Shown here: in pieces, positions 43,924 through 53,254 of the stretch
Layout of the letters: every line of letters begins with the position of its first letter
Numbering within the stretch: the stretch's first letter is position 1
DNA from: an uncultured Hyphomicrobiales bacterium
GTDB taxonomy: Bacteria; Pseudomonadota; Alphaproteobacteria; Rhizobiales; Amorphaceae
Length of the DNA stretch: 64,000 nt
NCBI GenBank assembly: GCA_964547415.1
Contig: CAZJNX010000002.1
Location: 66-64,065, forward strand
Reading direction: 5' to 3'
Notes under the pieces: model-generated
The model's database searches: none
The model's input: only the letters and a program-made list of their open reading frames with translations
Told to the model about the DNA's origin: nothing
Program-made: the position numbers and the translations under genes

Positions 43924-46701
43924 ATGCCGAACGAGACGAACGCCGACGCCCCCTGGCACACGCTGGCCCCGGACGAGGTCGCCCGGCTCCAGGAGACGGA
44001 CCCGGACACGGGGCTCGACCCGGCGGACGCGGCGGCCCGCCTCGAGCACTTCGGCCCCAACGCCCTCGACGAGCGGGGCGGGCGGACGATCTGGCACATC
44101 CTGTGGGAGCAGGTCTCCTCGGTCCTGATCCTCATCCTCGTCTTCGCGGCCGCTCTCGCGGCCGTCCTCGGCAAGACGGTCGACGCCGTCGCGATCCTGG
44201 CGATCGTGGTCCTGTTCGTGGTCCTCGGCGTGGTGCAGGAGTACCGGGCGCAGAAGGCGATCGCGGCCCTCAGGCAGATGTCGACCCCGCTCGTGCGGGT
44301 CCTCAGGGGCGCGCGGCGGGAGGAGATGTCCTCCACCGGCCTCGTGCCGGGGGACGTCGTCCTCCTCGAGGCGGGCAACGTGGTCCCCGCCGACCTCAGG
44401 ATCGTGGAGAGCCGGGCGCTCAGGATCCAGGAGGCGGCCCTCACCGGGGAGTCGGAGCCGGTCGAGAAGATCGCCGCGCCGCTGCCGGACGCGGACCTCG
44501 CCGTCGGGGACCGGGTCAACATGGCCTACAAGGGCACCGCCGCCACCTACGGGCGGGGCCGGGGCGTGGTGGTGGCGACGGGCATGGGCACCGAGCTCGG
44601 CCGGATCGCGGGCATGCTGCAGGCCGTCACCCACGAGCCGACGCCCCTGCAGCGCCGCCTCGACGGGCTGGCGAAGGTCCTCGCGGTGGTGGCGGTGGGG
44701 ATCGCCGCCGTCGTGGCCGTGGCGGGCTGGCTGCGGGGGGAGGACGTCACCCTCGTCCTCCTCACCGGCATCAGCCTTGCCGTCGCCATCGTGCCGGAGG
44801 GCCTGCCCGCGGTCATGACGCTGACGCTCGCCCTCGGCAGCCGGCGGATGCTGAAGCGCAAGGCGCTCGTCCGCAAGCTGCCGGCGGTGGAGACCCTCGG
44901 CTCGGTGACCGTGATCTGTTCGGACAAGACCGGCACGCTCACCCAGAACCGGATGACCGCCGTGGCGGTCGAGACGCTGGACGGACGCCTCGCCCTCGAC
45001 GCTGCCGGCGAGGCGGCGATCGACGGCCGCCCGGACGCGGCCGCCCTCCTGTCGGGCGCGGCGCTGTGCAACGACGCCGTCCTGCGCGCCGCCGCGGACG
45101 GACAGGAGGACGCGGTGGGCGATCCCACCGAGACCGCCCTCGTGACGGCGGCCGCGCGGGCGGGCCTTCCGAAGGCCGCGCTCGAGGACAGGCACCCGCG
45201 CCTCGCCGAGATCGCCTTCGACAGCACGCGCAAGCGGATGACGACCGTCCACGCCGCGGGCGAGGCCGGGACCGCGCTCGGCGCCCCCTTCCCGGACACG
45301 CCGGTGCTGGCGGTGACGAAGGGGGCGGTCGACGCCATCCTTCCCCTCGCCGACGAGGTCCTCGTCGGCGGCCGCGTCGTCCCCCTCGACGAGAGCCGCC
45401 GTGCAACGATGGTCCGCGCCAACGAGGCCTTCGGCGCGGACGGGATGCGGGTGCTCGCCGTCGCCGTGCATCCGCTCGCCGGCGAGCCGGCGGACCCGCG
45501 GGCGGAGGACCTCGAAACGGGCCTCGTGCTCCTCGGGCTCGTCGCCCTGATCGACCCGCCGCGCCCGGAGGCGGCCGAGGCGGTCGCCACCTGCCGGCGC
45601 GCGGGGATCCGCCCGGTGATGATCACCGGCGACCATCCCGTCACCGCCCGCCGGATCGCGGCCGACCTCGGCATCTGCCGGGAGGACGCGCGGGTCGTGA
45701 CCGGGCCCGAGCTCGAGCGGATGGCGGCGGACCTCGGGGCGATCGTGGACGAGGTCGGCGTCTACGCCCGCGTCTCGCCCGAGCACAAGCTGAAGATCAT
45801 CGAGGCGCTGCGCGCCCGGGGCGAGGTGGTCGCCATGACCGGCGACGGGGTGAACGACGCCCCCGCGCTCAAGCGGGCCGACATCGGCGTGGCCATGGGC
45901 TCGGGCACGGACGTCGCCCGGGAAGCGGCCGACATGGTACTCCTCGACGACAACTTCGCGACCATCGTGGCCGCGGTCGAGGAGGGGCGCGTCGTCTACG
46001 ACAACATCCGCCGCTTCGTGCAGTTCTCGGTGGCGGGCAACTTCGGCAAGGTGCTCACGGTGGCCGTGCCGCCCTTCCTCGGGCTGCCGCTGCTGCTCCT
46101 TCCCGTGCAGATCCTGTTCTCGAACCTTCTGACCGACGGCCTCCTCGGCCTCGGCATGGGCCTCGAGAAGGCCGAGCGCGACACCATGCGCCGCCCGCCC
46201 CAGGACCCGGACGAGGGCGTCTTCAGCCGCGGCATGGGCGTCCACGTCGTCTGGCTCGGCGGGCTGATCGGGCTCGTCACCGTCGGCGTCGGCGCGTGGG
46301 CCCACGGCACGCTCACCCGCGACGGGCCCCTGTCGCCGGCCGAGGCCGCATACCTCACGACGCTCGTCTTCACGACGCTCGCCCTCATCCAGCTCGGGCG
46401 CGTCCAGGCGACCCGCTCCTTCCACGACCCGGTCTGGCGGATGGACCCGCGCGCCAACCCGGCCCTCGCCGCGCTCGTCGGTCTCGCCTTCGCCCTCCAG
46501 ATGACGGCGGTGTACCTGCCGGCGGCCCAGCCGTTCTTCCACACGGTTCCGCTCGGCGTCGGGAGCCTCGCCGTCGGCTTCGGCGCGAGCGCGGTCCTCC
46601 TCCTCGCCGCGGAGCTCGAGAAGGCGGTCCGGCGCGGGACGGGCGGTCCGGCGCCGCCTGCAAGGGACTGGCCCGTCGGGGCGACGGGCCGTCCCGGATG
46701 A
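43924..46701 (+). CDS. P-type cation-transporting ATPase (type II, Ca2+/Mg2+-ATPase-like)
   Basis: 925 aa. The motifs are ...LTGESEPVEK..., ICSDKTGTLTQN, MITGDHPVTA, VAMTGDGVNDAPALKRADIGVAMG, and 10 predicted TM segments. Confidence 0.92.
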   Translation: MPNETNADAPWHTLAPDEVARLQETDPDTGLDPADAAARLEHFGPNALDERGGRTIWHILWEQVSSVLILILVFAAALAAVLGKTVDAVAILAIVVLFVVLGVVQEYRAQKAIAALRQMSTPLVRVLRGARREEMSSTGLVPGDVVLLEAGNVVPADLRIVESRALRIQEAALTGESEPVEKIAAPLPDADLAVGDRVNMAYKGTAATYGRGRGVVVATGMGTELGRIAGMLQAVTHEPTPLQRRLDGLAKVLAVVAVGIAAVVAVAGWLRGEDVTLVLLTGISLAVAIVPEGLPAVMTLTLALGSRRMLKRKALVRKLPAVETLGSVTVICSDKTGTLTQNRMTAVAVETLDGRLALDAAGEAAIDGRPDAAALLSGAALCNDAVLRAAADGQEDAVGDPTETALVTAAARAGLPKAALEDRHPRLAEIAFDSTRKRMTTVHAAGEAGTALGAPFPDTPVLAVTKGAVDAILPLADEVLVGGRVVPLDESRRATMVRANEAFGADGMRVLAVAVHPLAGEPADPRAEDLETGLVLLGLVALIDPPRPEAAEAVATCRRAGIRPVMITGDHPVTARRIAADLGICREDARVVTGPELERMAADLGAIVDEVGVYARVSPEHKLKIIEALRARGEVVAMTGDGVNDAPALKRADIGVAMGSGTDVAREAADMVLLDDNFATIVAAVEEGRVVYDNIRRFVQFSVAGNFGKVLTVAVPPFLGLPLLLLPVQILFSNLLTDGLLGLGMGLEKAERDTMRRPPQDPDEGVFSRGMGVHVVWLGGLIGLVTVGVGAWAHGTLTRDGPLSPAEAAYLTTLVFTTLALIQLGRVQATRSFHDPVWRMDPRANPALAALVGLAFALQMTAVYLPAAQPFFHTVPLGVGSLAVGFGASAVLLLAAELEKAVRRGTGGPAPPARDWPVGATGRPG

Positions 46702-46777
46702 GGGGCGCGGCGCCGCGGCCGCGGGCGAACGCCGCACCCACCGGCCGCGTCCGCCGCATTAAAGGGGTGCAGCACCC

Positions 46778-47035
46778 ATGCCCGCGCTCTTTCATGTTCT
46801 CGACACGGCCGCGATCCTCGCGGCGCTCGCGGCCGCCGTCCTGTGGTACCAGGCCGGCTCGCGCACCGTGCGCCGGATCTCGCGCTTCGAGACGCTTGAC
46901 GCGGCGGACATCAACCGGATCGTGGTCGCCATGAACCGCAGCGCCATCCTGAACCGGCGGGCGGCCCTCGCCTCGGCCGCGTCGGCCGCCTGCCTCGCCC
47001 TGCGCTTCGGCGCGTCGCTGACGGGCGGGCCATAG
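46778..47035 (+). CDS. Hypothetical small membrane protein (85 aa)
   Basis: MPALFHVLDTAAILAALAAAVLWYQAG... plus a second hydrophobic segment. It has good GC3 and a TAG stop. Confidence 0.5.
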   Translation: MPALFHVLDTAAILAALAAAVLWYQAGSRTVRRISRFETLDAADINRIVVAMNRSAILNRRAALASAASAACLALRFGASLTGGP

Positions 47036-47093
47036 CGGCGGACGGGCCGCAGCCTGCCCGCGAACCTCCTCTCCAGCCGGTCGTTCCCTCGCC

Positions 47094-47916
47094 ATGTGCA
47101 CGAACTGCCTCCCCTTCCTCGCCCGCCCGGTCGACCGGCGGCGCCTCCTCGTCGGCCTCACGACGGCGGCGGCCGCCCCGGCCCTTTCGGGGTGCGAGCG
47201 CATCGCGTCGGCCCTCGTCCCGTCGGCGGAGATCGAGCGGCTCGGCCTCGAGGCGTGGGCGCGCCTCAGGGCGCGGGTTCCCGCCTCGACAGACGGCACG
47301 GCCCAGCGCGCGGCGCGCACCATCGCCGACCGCCTCCTCCTCGCCGACGGGGATGATCCGGCCGCGTGGGAGGTCCTCGTCTTCGCCTCGCCGGAGATCA
47401 ATGCGTTCGTCCTGCCGGGACGGAAGATCGGCATCTTCGAGGGGCTGGTGGCGACGGCGGGCAGCGCCGACGAGCTCGCCGCCGTGATCGGCCACGAGAT
47501 CGGCCACCTGACGGCGAACCACGCCGAGGAGCGCGTGGTGGCGAGTGTCGCCCAGGACCTCGGGGTCCGGCTCGTCGCCCTCGCCCTCGACTGGGGGGAC
47601 GTCCCTTTCGGCGAGGAGGTAGCGGCCGCGTTCGGGATGGGCGTCGAGTTCGGCCTCGCCCGCCCCTACGGCCGCGCCCAGGAGCTGGAAGCGGACCGGC
47701 TCGGCCTCTTCACGATGGCCCGCGCCGGGTACGACCCGCGCGCGGCGATCCTCTTCTGGGAGCGGATGGACCGCGCCCGCCCGCGGCGGCCTGCCGGCGC
47801 TCCTGTCGACGCACCCGGCCCCGGCGAGGCGCATCGAGGCGCTCAGGGAGATCGTCCCCGAAGCGCTGTCCGCCCGCCCCGCCGGCATCGCGCCGCCCGC
47901 CGCTTCCGGCCGGTGA
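47094..47916 (+). pseudogene. M48-family Zn metallopeptidase (Tat/lipoprotein signal) with a frameshift near 47780-47790
   Basis: Frame 3: MCTNCLPFLARPVDRRRLLVGLTTAAAAPALSG|C...AAVIGHEIGHLTANH...ELEADRLGL...ILFWERMDRARPR. The conserved C-terminus GGLPALLSTHPAPARRIEALREI... continues in frame 1 (47785-47916). The frame-3 continuation to 48185 is Arg/Pro junk. Confidence 0.8.
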
Positions 47917-48143
47917 GGCGCCGCCGCCGCGCCGGGCCCGGACCGCGTGCAGGCGGTGGCGCCAGCGGTCTCGCCCGCCAGTCCGAGGGGCGGGCTTCGT
48001 TTGCCGTGACGCCATGGGCGCGGGGATCAGGGCGCGGGGATAACAGCGCGGGGACCGCGCATCGGCGGTGCCCGCCGCCGCCCGGCCTGCGTGTCGCGTT
48101 CGTCGAAGCGAACCGGTCCGGCCCGACGGCCGGCCCAGGGACG

Positions 48144-48220
48144 TGGCGACCCCGGCAGGATTCGAACCTGCGACCATCGGCTTAGAAGGCCGGTGCTCTA
48201 TCCGGCTGAGCTACGGGGCC
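48144..48220 (-). tRNA. tRNA-Arg(TCT): tRNA-Arg (anticodon TCT), 77 nt, CCA encoded
   Basis: GGCCCCGTAGCTCAGCCGGATAGAGCACCGGCCTTCTAAGCCGATGGTCGCAGGTTCGAATCCTGCCGGGGTCGCCA folds by hand into a cloverleaf. It has a 7-bp acceptor stem, a GCTC/GAGC D-stem, a CTTCTAA anticodon loop and a GCAGG/CCTGC T-stem with a TTCGAAT loop. Confidence 0.9.
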
Positions 48221-48309
48221 GGACGCGCGCGTCCGCTGCTTCCATACCGCAAAGGCGAGCCGGTGGGTAGGGCGGCCAAGACAAGGCGCCAGCGCCGTCG
48301 CCGCGAGCG

Positions 48310-48618
48310 TCAATGGGTCCAGGGGATCCGGCGCGTGGAGCGGAAGTTGTCCGCATAGGCGATCTTGCGCCGGCGTGGCTCGTGGGCCTCGATCACCCGG
48401 TAGGGGATGCCGTTGCGCTCGGCGTAGGCGATCGCCTCCTCCTTAGTGTCGAAGTCGAGGCTGATCTGCTGGCGCATGTCGGCCGAGGAGGTCCAGCCCA
48501 TCAGGGGCTCGGTGGTGCGCGGCGTCTCGGGCTCGAAGTCGAGCCGCCACCTGTTGGTCTTGCCCCTGCCGGACTGCATGGCGGTCTTCGAGGGCTTGTG
48601 GATCCGAGCGGTCGTCAT
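48310..48618 (-). CDS. ETC complex I subunit conserved-region protein (NDUFS4-like, 102 aa)
   Basis: MTTARIHKPSKTAMQSGRGKTNRWRLDFEPE....EPLMGWTSSADM.QQISL.FDTKEEAIAYAERNGIPYRV is widely conserved in alphaproteobacteria. Confidence 0.85.
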   Translation of the reverse strand: MTTARIHKPSKTAMQSGRGKTNRWRLDFEPETPRTTEPLMGWTSSADMRQQISLDFDTKEEAIAYAERNGIPYRVIEAHEPRRRKIAYADNFRSTRRIPWTH

Positions 48619-48782
48619 CGCGCAATCGTGCTCCCCGCGGCGGACGGACGGCCCGCCCGCACCAGGCGCCGGCAGCGGCGCCCCGACTTCACGCGGCCGA
48701 TATAGGCGAAAAGGGCCGCCCGTGCATCCCGCCCCGGAGGCCTTGGCGTCCGTCGGGGACGCGCTGCCGCTCCCACCCTCGA

Positions 48783-49631
48783 TTGTCGCATGCATCACAT
48801 GCAACGCCCCTGGTTGCGTTTCCCGTCGCGTCCGCATCGCCGGTCCCGGGGACGGGCGGGACGGCCGCCCCGGCCGAGGGCACGATCGGGGATGCCCCCG
48901 GCCTCGTGGTGCGCGAGGACCGGCGCGTCGTCCTCTTGGGCGAGGAGACCGGGTTCGTGGACGCGCCGCGCACCGGCGAGATCCTGTTCCCGGTGGACGG
49001 CATGCTCCTCGAGGGCAATGGCGTGCGCCTCGTGGACACCGGCGAAAGCGGGCTCACTAGTGGCGAGCCGGTCGCCGTCGACGGCACCCTGGTGCTCGGT
49101 GAGGACGGGCGCCTCCCGACCGATGGCGGCGAGCGCGTCTACGATGGCGACATCATCGTCATCGACGGCGAGGAGGCCCCGATCGACGGGGGCGACACCG
49201 CCGAGGGTTTCCGCCTCGCGCCCGAGGACGACGGCAAGGGTGTCGAGGTCGCGAGCGATGACACCGGCTCCTTCGGCGCGGCGGTGGCGGGCGCGGGCGA
49301 CTTCAACGGCGACGGGCACGACGACGTCATCGTCGGCGCGCCGGCGGCGAACGAGGACGGCGAGGCCTGGATCGTCTGGGGCAAGCCGCGGGCGCTCGCG
49401 GACAACGTGGACCTCGACGACCTCGCCAGCGGCAGCTTCGAGGGCGACGCGGCGCCCGCGCTGCGCATGGGCGCCCCGTTCCGCGACGGGCTGTTCGGCG
49501 TCTCCGTGGCCGGCGGGCAGGACCTCGACGGGGACGGCCGCGACGATGTGGTGATCGGCGCGCCGGGCCGCGAGGACGACCTCGCCAGCCAGGCCTACGT
49601 GGTCTACGGGGTGGAAGGGTTTGTCTTCTGA
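48783..49631 (+). CDS. FG-GAP (integrin-alpha-like) repeat protein
   Basis: FGAAVAGAGDFNGDGHDDVIVGAP and FGVSVAGGQDLDGDGRDDVVIGAP are FG-GAP/Ca-binding repeats. The start (TTG 48783) is uncertain and no clear signal peptide is present. Confidence 0.7.
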   Translation: MSHASHATPLVAFPVASASPVPGTGGTAAPAEGTIGDAPGLVVREDRRVVLLGEETGFVDAPRTGEILFPVDGMLLEGNGVRLVDTGESGLTSGEPVAVDGTLVLGEDGRLPTDGGERVYDGDIIVIDGEEAPIDGGDTAEGFRLAPEDDGKGVEVASDDTGSFGAAVAGAGDFNGDGHDDVIVGAPAANEDGEAWIVWGKPRALADNVDLDDLASGSFEGDAAPALRMGAPFRDGLFGVSVAGGQDLDGDGRDDVVIGAPGREDDLASQAYVVYGVEGFVF

Positions 49632-49656
49632 GCCGGACGGGGCGCGGCCGGCACCG

Positions 49657-50829
49657 TCAGCCGGCCGCCTCCGCCTCGTCCTCGATCACGATGCGCGGCG
49701 GGGGGCGGCGGCCCGCCGCGTTCTCCTCGAGCATTCCCATGAGACGGGCGGCGATGTCGAGGTAGCACACCGCCTGGGGGCTCTCCCCGTCGGCGACGAC
49801 GACCGGGGCGCCCGCGTCGGACTGCTCGCGGATCTTGATGTCGAGGGGCACCTCCCCGAGGAAGGGGAGCGACAGGCGCTCGGCCTCCTTCCGCCCGCCG
49901 CCGGTGGTGAAGATCTCCGAGCGGTAGCCGCAGTTCGGGCAGATGAAGTGGCTCATGTTCTCCACGATGCCGAGGACGGGCACGTTCACCTTGCCGAACA
50001 TGCCGGTCGCCTTGCGCGCGTCGATGAGGGCGAGGTCCTGGGGCGTCGTGACGATCACCGCCCCCGACAGGGGCACCTGCTGGGCGAGCGAGATCTGCAC
50101 GTCGCCGGTGCCGGGCGGCATGTCGATGACGAGGCAGTCGAGGGCGCCCCAGGCGACGTCGCGCAGGAGCTGGGTGAGGGCGGACGTCACCATCGGCCCG
50201 CGCCAGACCACCGGCGCGTCGGCGGGCACGAGGAGGCCGATGGAGATCGCCTTCAGCCCGTAGGCGTCGAGGGGGGCGAGGCGGCGGTCGGGCAGGCTCT
50301 CCGGCTTGGCGCGCAGGCGCAGGAGCGTCGGGATCGAGGGGCCGTAGATGTCCGCGTCGAGGACCCCGACGGACCAGCCCAGCGCCGACAGGGCCGTGGC
50401 GATGTTGACCGCCGTCGTCGACTTGCCGACCCCGCCCTTGCCGGAGGCGATCGCGAGGATGTGCCGCACCTCCGGCACCAGGCGCCCGCCCTCGGCCGGC
50501 GGCGGCGCCGCCGCCTCGCCGGGGCGCGTGCGGGTGGGCCCCGCCGGGGCCGGGCGCTCCCGCCGGCCGCCGGAGGGCCGCTCCGCCGTGAGGGCGACCA
50601 TCGCCCGTTCGACGCCCGGCACCGCCTTCACCGCCGCCTCGGCGGCCGTCCGCACCGGGGCGTAGGCCTTCGCCTCCTCCGGTGCCACGTTGATCGCGAA
50701 GGCGACCCGCCCGTCCGATACGAACACGTCCGACACCAGGCCCGCCTCGACGATGGAGCGGCTGCCGTCCGGCACCCTCACCTCGTCGAGCCGCGCCATC
50801 ACCTCGTCCTTCAGCGCCGGGCCCGCCAT
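49657..50829 (-). CDS. apbC: Fe-S cluster carrier ATPase (Mrp/ApbC/NBP35 family)
   Basis: It has an N-terminal MIP18-like domain, then ILAIASGKGGVGKSTTAVN (deviant Walker A) and the CPNCG motif. Confidence 0.92.
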   Translation of the reverse strand: MAGPALKDEVMARLDEVRVPDGSRSIVEAGLVSDVFVSDGRVAFAINVAPEEAKAYAPVRTAAEAAVKAVPGVERAMVALTAERPSGGRRERPAPAGPTRTRPGEAAAPPPAEGGRLVPEVRHILAIASGKGGVGKSTTAVNIATALSALGWSVGVLDADIYGPSIPTLLRLRAKPESLPDRRLAPLDAYGLKAISIGLLVPADAPVVWRGPMVTSALTQLLRDVAWGALDCLVIDMPPGTGDVQISLAQQVPLSGAVIVTTPQDLALIDARKATGMFGKVNVPVLGIVENMSHFICPNCGYRSEIFTTGGGRKEAERLSLPFLGEVPLDIKIREQSDAGAPVVVADGESPQAVCYLDIAARLMGMLEENAAGRRPPPRIVIEDEAEAAG

Positions 50830-50928
50830 GGCGCCCCTCCTTGCGTCCCGTTGCGTCCTTCCCCTTCACTAGTGCCCGCGCGCGGGTCGGGAAAGGGCGG
50901 CGCGCTACGGGCGGACCCGGAGGGAGGC

Positions 50929-51645
50929 ATGGAGCTCGCGGCGCTGGTGCTGGCCGGCGGAAGGGGACGGCGCATGGGCGGCGGCAAGCCCTTCCGTTCC
51001 CTCGCCGGCCGCCCCCTCCTCCTCCACGCGGCGGAGCGGGTGGCAGCGCCCGGCCGTCCGCTCGCGGTCTCCACGGGCGGGGCGGCGCCGGGGCCCTTCG
51101 CCGCGCAGCTGCCGGCGGCCGCGCTCCTTCCCGACCCGCCGGGGACGGCAGGACCGGCCGCGGGCCTCCTCGCGGGCCTTTCCTGGGCGGCCGGCCTCTC
51201 GCCGCGCCCGGACGCCCTTCTCGTGGTGCCGGCGGACGCCCCGTTCCTGCCGGACGACCTCGGCGAGCGCCTCGCGGCGGCGGCCGCGGGCGTTTCGGCG
51301 GTCGTCGCCACGTCCGCGTCCGGCCCCTCCCCCGTCGTCGGCCTCTACCGGCTCGAGGTGCGCGACACGCTCGCCGCCGTCCTCGACGGGACGCCCGCAC
51401 CGGCGATGGCCGCCCTCCTGGGCCGCCTCCCCCACCGGACGGTGGCGATCGCAGCCCCGCCCGCGCTCGCCGCCCGCGGCGCCGACCCGCTCTTCAACGT
51501 GAACCGGCCGCAGGAGCTTGCCGCCGCCGAGGCGCTCCTCGCGGGGCGCGCCGATCAACCGCCGCGGGTCTCCCCGGCCACCCAGCCCCCGAACGCCTCC
51601 GTCGAGTCTCCCTCGGGAAGGGCGACGAAGGCGGGCACCTCGTAG
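50929..51645 (+). CDS. mobA: Molybdenum cofactor guanylyltransferase
   Basis: GGGAGG Shine-Dalgarno before the start. The sequence is MELAALVLAGGRGRRMGG.KPF..LAGRPLL...VVPADAPFLP...NVNRPQEL. The last 30 or so codons (to TAG 51645) overlap the convergent cutA by 91 nt and may not be genuine. Confidence 0.8.
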   Translation: MELAALVLAGGRGRRMGGGKPFRSLAGRPLLLHAAERVAAPGRPLAVSTGGAAPGPFAAQLPAAALLPDPPGTAGPAAGLLAGLSWAAGLSPRPDALLVVPADAPFLPDDLGERLAAAAAGVSAVVATSASGPSPVVGLYRLEVRDTLAAVLDGTPAPAMAALLGRLPHRTVAIAAPPALAARGADPLFNVNRPQELAAAEALLAGRADQPPRVSPATQPPNASVESPSGRATKAGTS

Positions 51646-51902
51646 GGGTGGGCGGCGAGGAGGGCCGCACCGAGGGCCTCGACCCGGTCGGGCGCCGTCT
51701 TCAGGATCGCCGCCACCTCCCCTTCCGCCTCGGTCTTCCCCTCCCAGCGGAAGACGGCCACCATGCCCGGAAAGAGGTTGGCGCAGGCGACGAGCCGCTT
51801 CTCGAGGAGGTCGCCGGCGATCCGCTTTGCGGTGTCGAGATCGGGAAAAGTCGTGTAGATGAGCCGCACCTTCACAGCGCCGCCCGCCTCACCGGTAGCC
51901 AT
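51555..51902 (-). CDS. cutA: Divalent-cation tolerance protein CutA
   Basis: [46 protein letters not shown]...EVAAILKT...[12 protein letters not shown]. Confidence 0.85.
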   Translation of the reverse strand: MATGEAGGAVKVRLIYTTFPDLDTAKRIAGDLLEKRLVACANLFPGMVAVFRWEGKTEAEGEVAAILKTAPDRVEALGAALLAAHPYEVPAFVALPEGDSTEAFGGWVAGETRGG

Positions 51903-51949
51903 GCCGCCATCCTCCAGTTCCTTCTCGTCCGCTGGCCGGAGCCCCGCCC

Positions 51950-52744
51950 GTGCCGCCTGAGGCGTCCCGCCTCCCCGCCCCGCCGGGCGGCATCGCCTTC
52001 GTGGCGAGCCCGACGGACGAGGCCCGCGCCGCCCGCGACGCCCTCGCCGCCCGCTACGGGGACGTGCCGCCCGGGGAGGCGGACGTCGTCGTCGCCCTCG
52101 GCGGCGACGGGCTGATGCTCCAGACGCTGCACCGGTTCATGAACACCGGCAAGCCCATCTTCGGCATGAACCGCGGCTCTGTCGGCTTCCTGATGAACGA
52201 GTTCCGCCCCGAGGGGCTGATGGAGCGCCTCGCCGCGGCGGAGGTGACGGCCATCCGCCCCCTCCTCATGGAGGCGACGGACGAGAAGGGCCAGCACCAC
52301 CGGGCGCGCGCCATCAACGAGGTCTCGCTCCTGCGCCAGACCCACCAGGCGGCGAAGCTGAGGATCGCCATCGACGGGCGCACCCGCCTCGCCGAGCTCA
52401 TCTGCGACGGCGTCCTCGTGGCGACGCCCGCGGGCTCCACCGCCTACAACCTGTCCGCCCACGGGCCGATCCTGCCGATCAACGCCCAGCTCCTCGCCCT
52501 CACGCCGATCTCCGCCTTCCGGCCGCGGCGCTGGCGCGGGGCCTTGCTGCCGTCCCACGTCACCGTCACCATCGCGTGCCTCGAACACGACAAGCGCCCC
52601 GTGGCGGCCGCCGCCGACCACGTGGAGATCCGCCGCGTGCGCGAGGTGTCGATCCGCGAGGACCGGGAGGCGACATCACTCGTCATGTTCGACCCGGACC
52701 ACAGCTGGGACGAGCGGATCCTGAACGAGCAGTTCCTCTACTGA
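51950..52744 (+). CDS. nadK: NAD(+) kinase
   Basis: GTG start. The motifs are [25 protein letters not shown] and [26 protein letters not shown]. Confidence 0.9.
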   Translation: MPPEASRLPAPPGGIAFVASPTDEARAARDALAARYGDVPPGEADVVVALGGDGLMLQTLHRFMNTGKPIFGMNRGSVGFLMNEFRPEGLMERLAAAEVTAIRPLLMEATDEKGQHHRARAINEVSLLRQTHQAAKLRIAIDGRTRLAELICDGVLVATPAGSTAYNLSAHGPILPINAQLLALTPISAFRPRRWRGALLPSHVTVTIACLEHDKRPVAAAADHVEIRRVREVSIREDREATSLVMFDPDHSWDERILNEQFLY

Positions 52745-52770
52745 GGACGGGCAAGCGAGGGAGGAAGGCA

Positions 52771-53226
52771 ATGCGCGGGCTCTGGTTCGAGGAGTTCGAG
52801 GTGGGGGCCGAGATCGAGCACACGTTGCGCCGCACGGTGACGGAGGCGGACAACATGCTCTTCTCCAACATGACGCTGAACCCCCAGCCCCTCCACATCG
52901 ACCGCCACTTCGCCGAGACCGAGACGGAATGGGGCCAGCCGATCGTGAACAGCCTGTTCACCCTCGGCCTCCTCATCGGCATCACGGTGAACGACACCAC
53001 GATCGGCACCACGATCGCCAACCTCGGCATGAAGAACGTGACGTTCCCGAAGCCCGTCTTCCACGGCGACACCATCGGCGCGCGCACGAAGGTCACGGCG
53101 AAGCGCGAGTCCCGCTCGCGGCCGGACGCGGGCGTGGTGGAACTCGAGCACACCGCCGTCAACCAGCGGGGGGAGATCGTCGCGGTCTGCGAGCGCGCGG
53201 CGCTGATGCGCAGGCGGCCCGCGTGA
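52771..53226 (+). CDS. MaoC-like (R)-hydratase/dehydratase
   Basis: MRGLWFEEFEVG....HTLRRTVTEADNMLFSNMTLNPQPLHID...NSLFTLGLLIG...FPKPVFHGDT is the hot-dog fold signature. Confidence 0.85.
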   Translation: MRGLWFEEFEVGAEIEHTLRRTVTEADNMLFSNMTLNPQPLHIDRHFAETETEWGQPIVNSLFTLGLLIGITVNDTTIGTTIANLGMKNVTFPKPVFHGDTIGARTKVTAKRESRSRPDAGVVELEHTAVNQRGEIVAVCERAALMRRRPA

Positions 53227-53254
53227 GGCCGCGCCAACGGGAGGAGAAGAGACG

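Noticed and set aside
47917-48309. A genomic island or integrated element at tRNA-Arg(TCT).
   Set aside because: There is no integrase, no direct repeat of the tRNA 3' end, and no compositional break. The flanking genes (M48 protease, NDUFS4-like protein) are ordinary conserved alphaproteobacterial genes.
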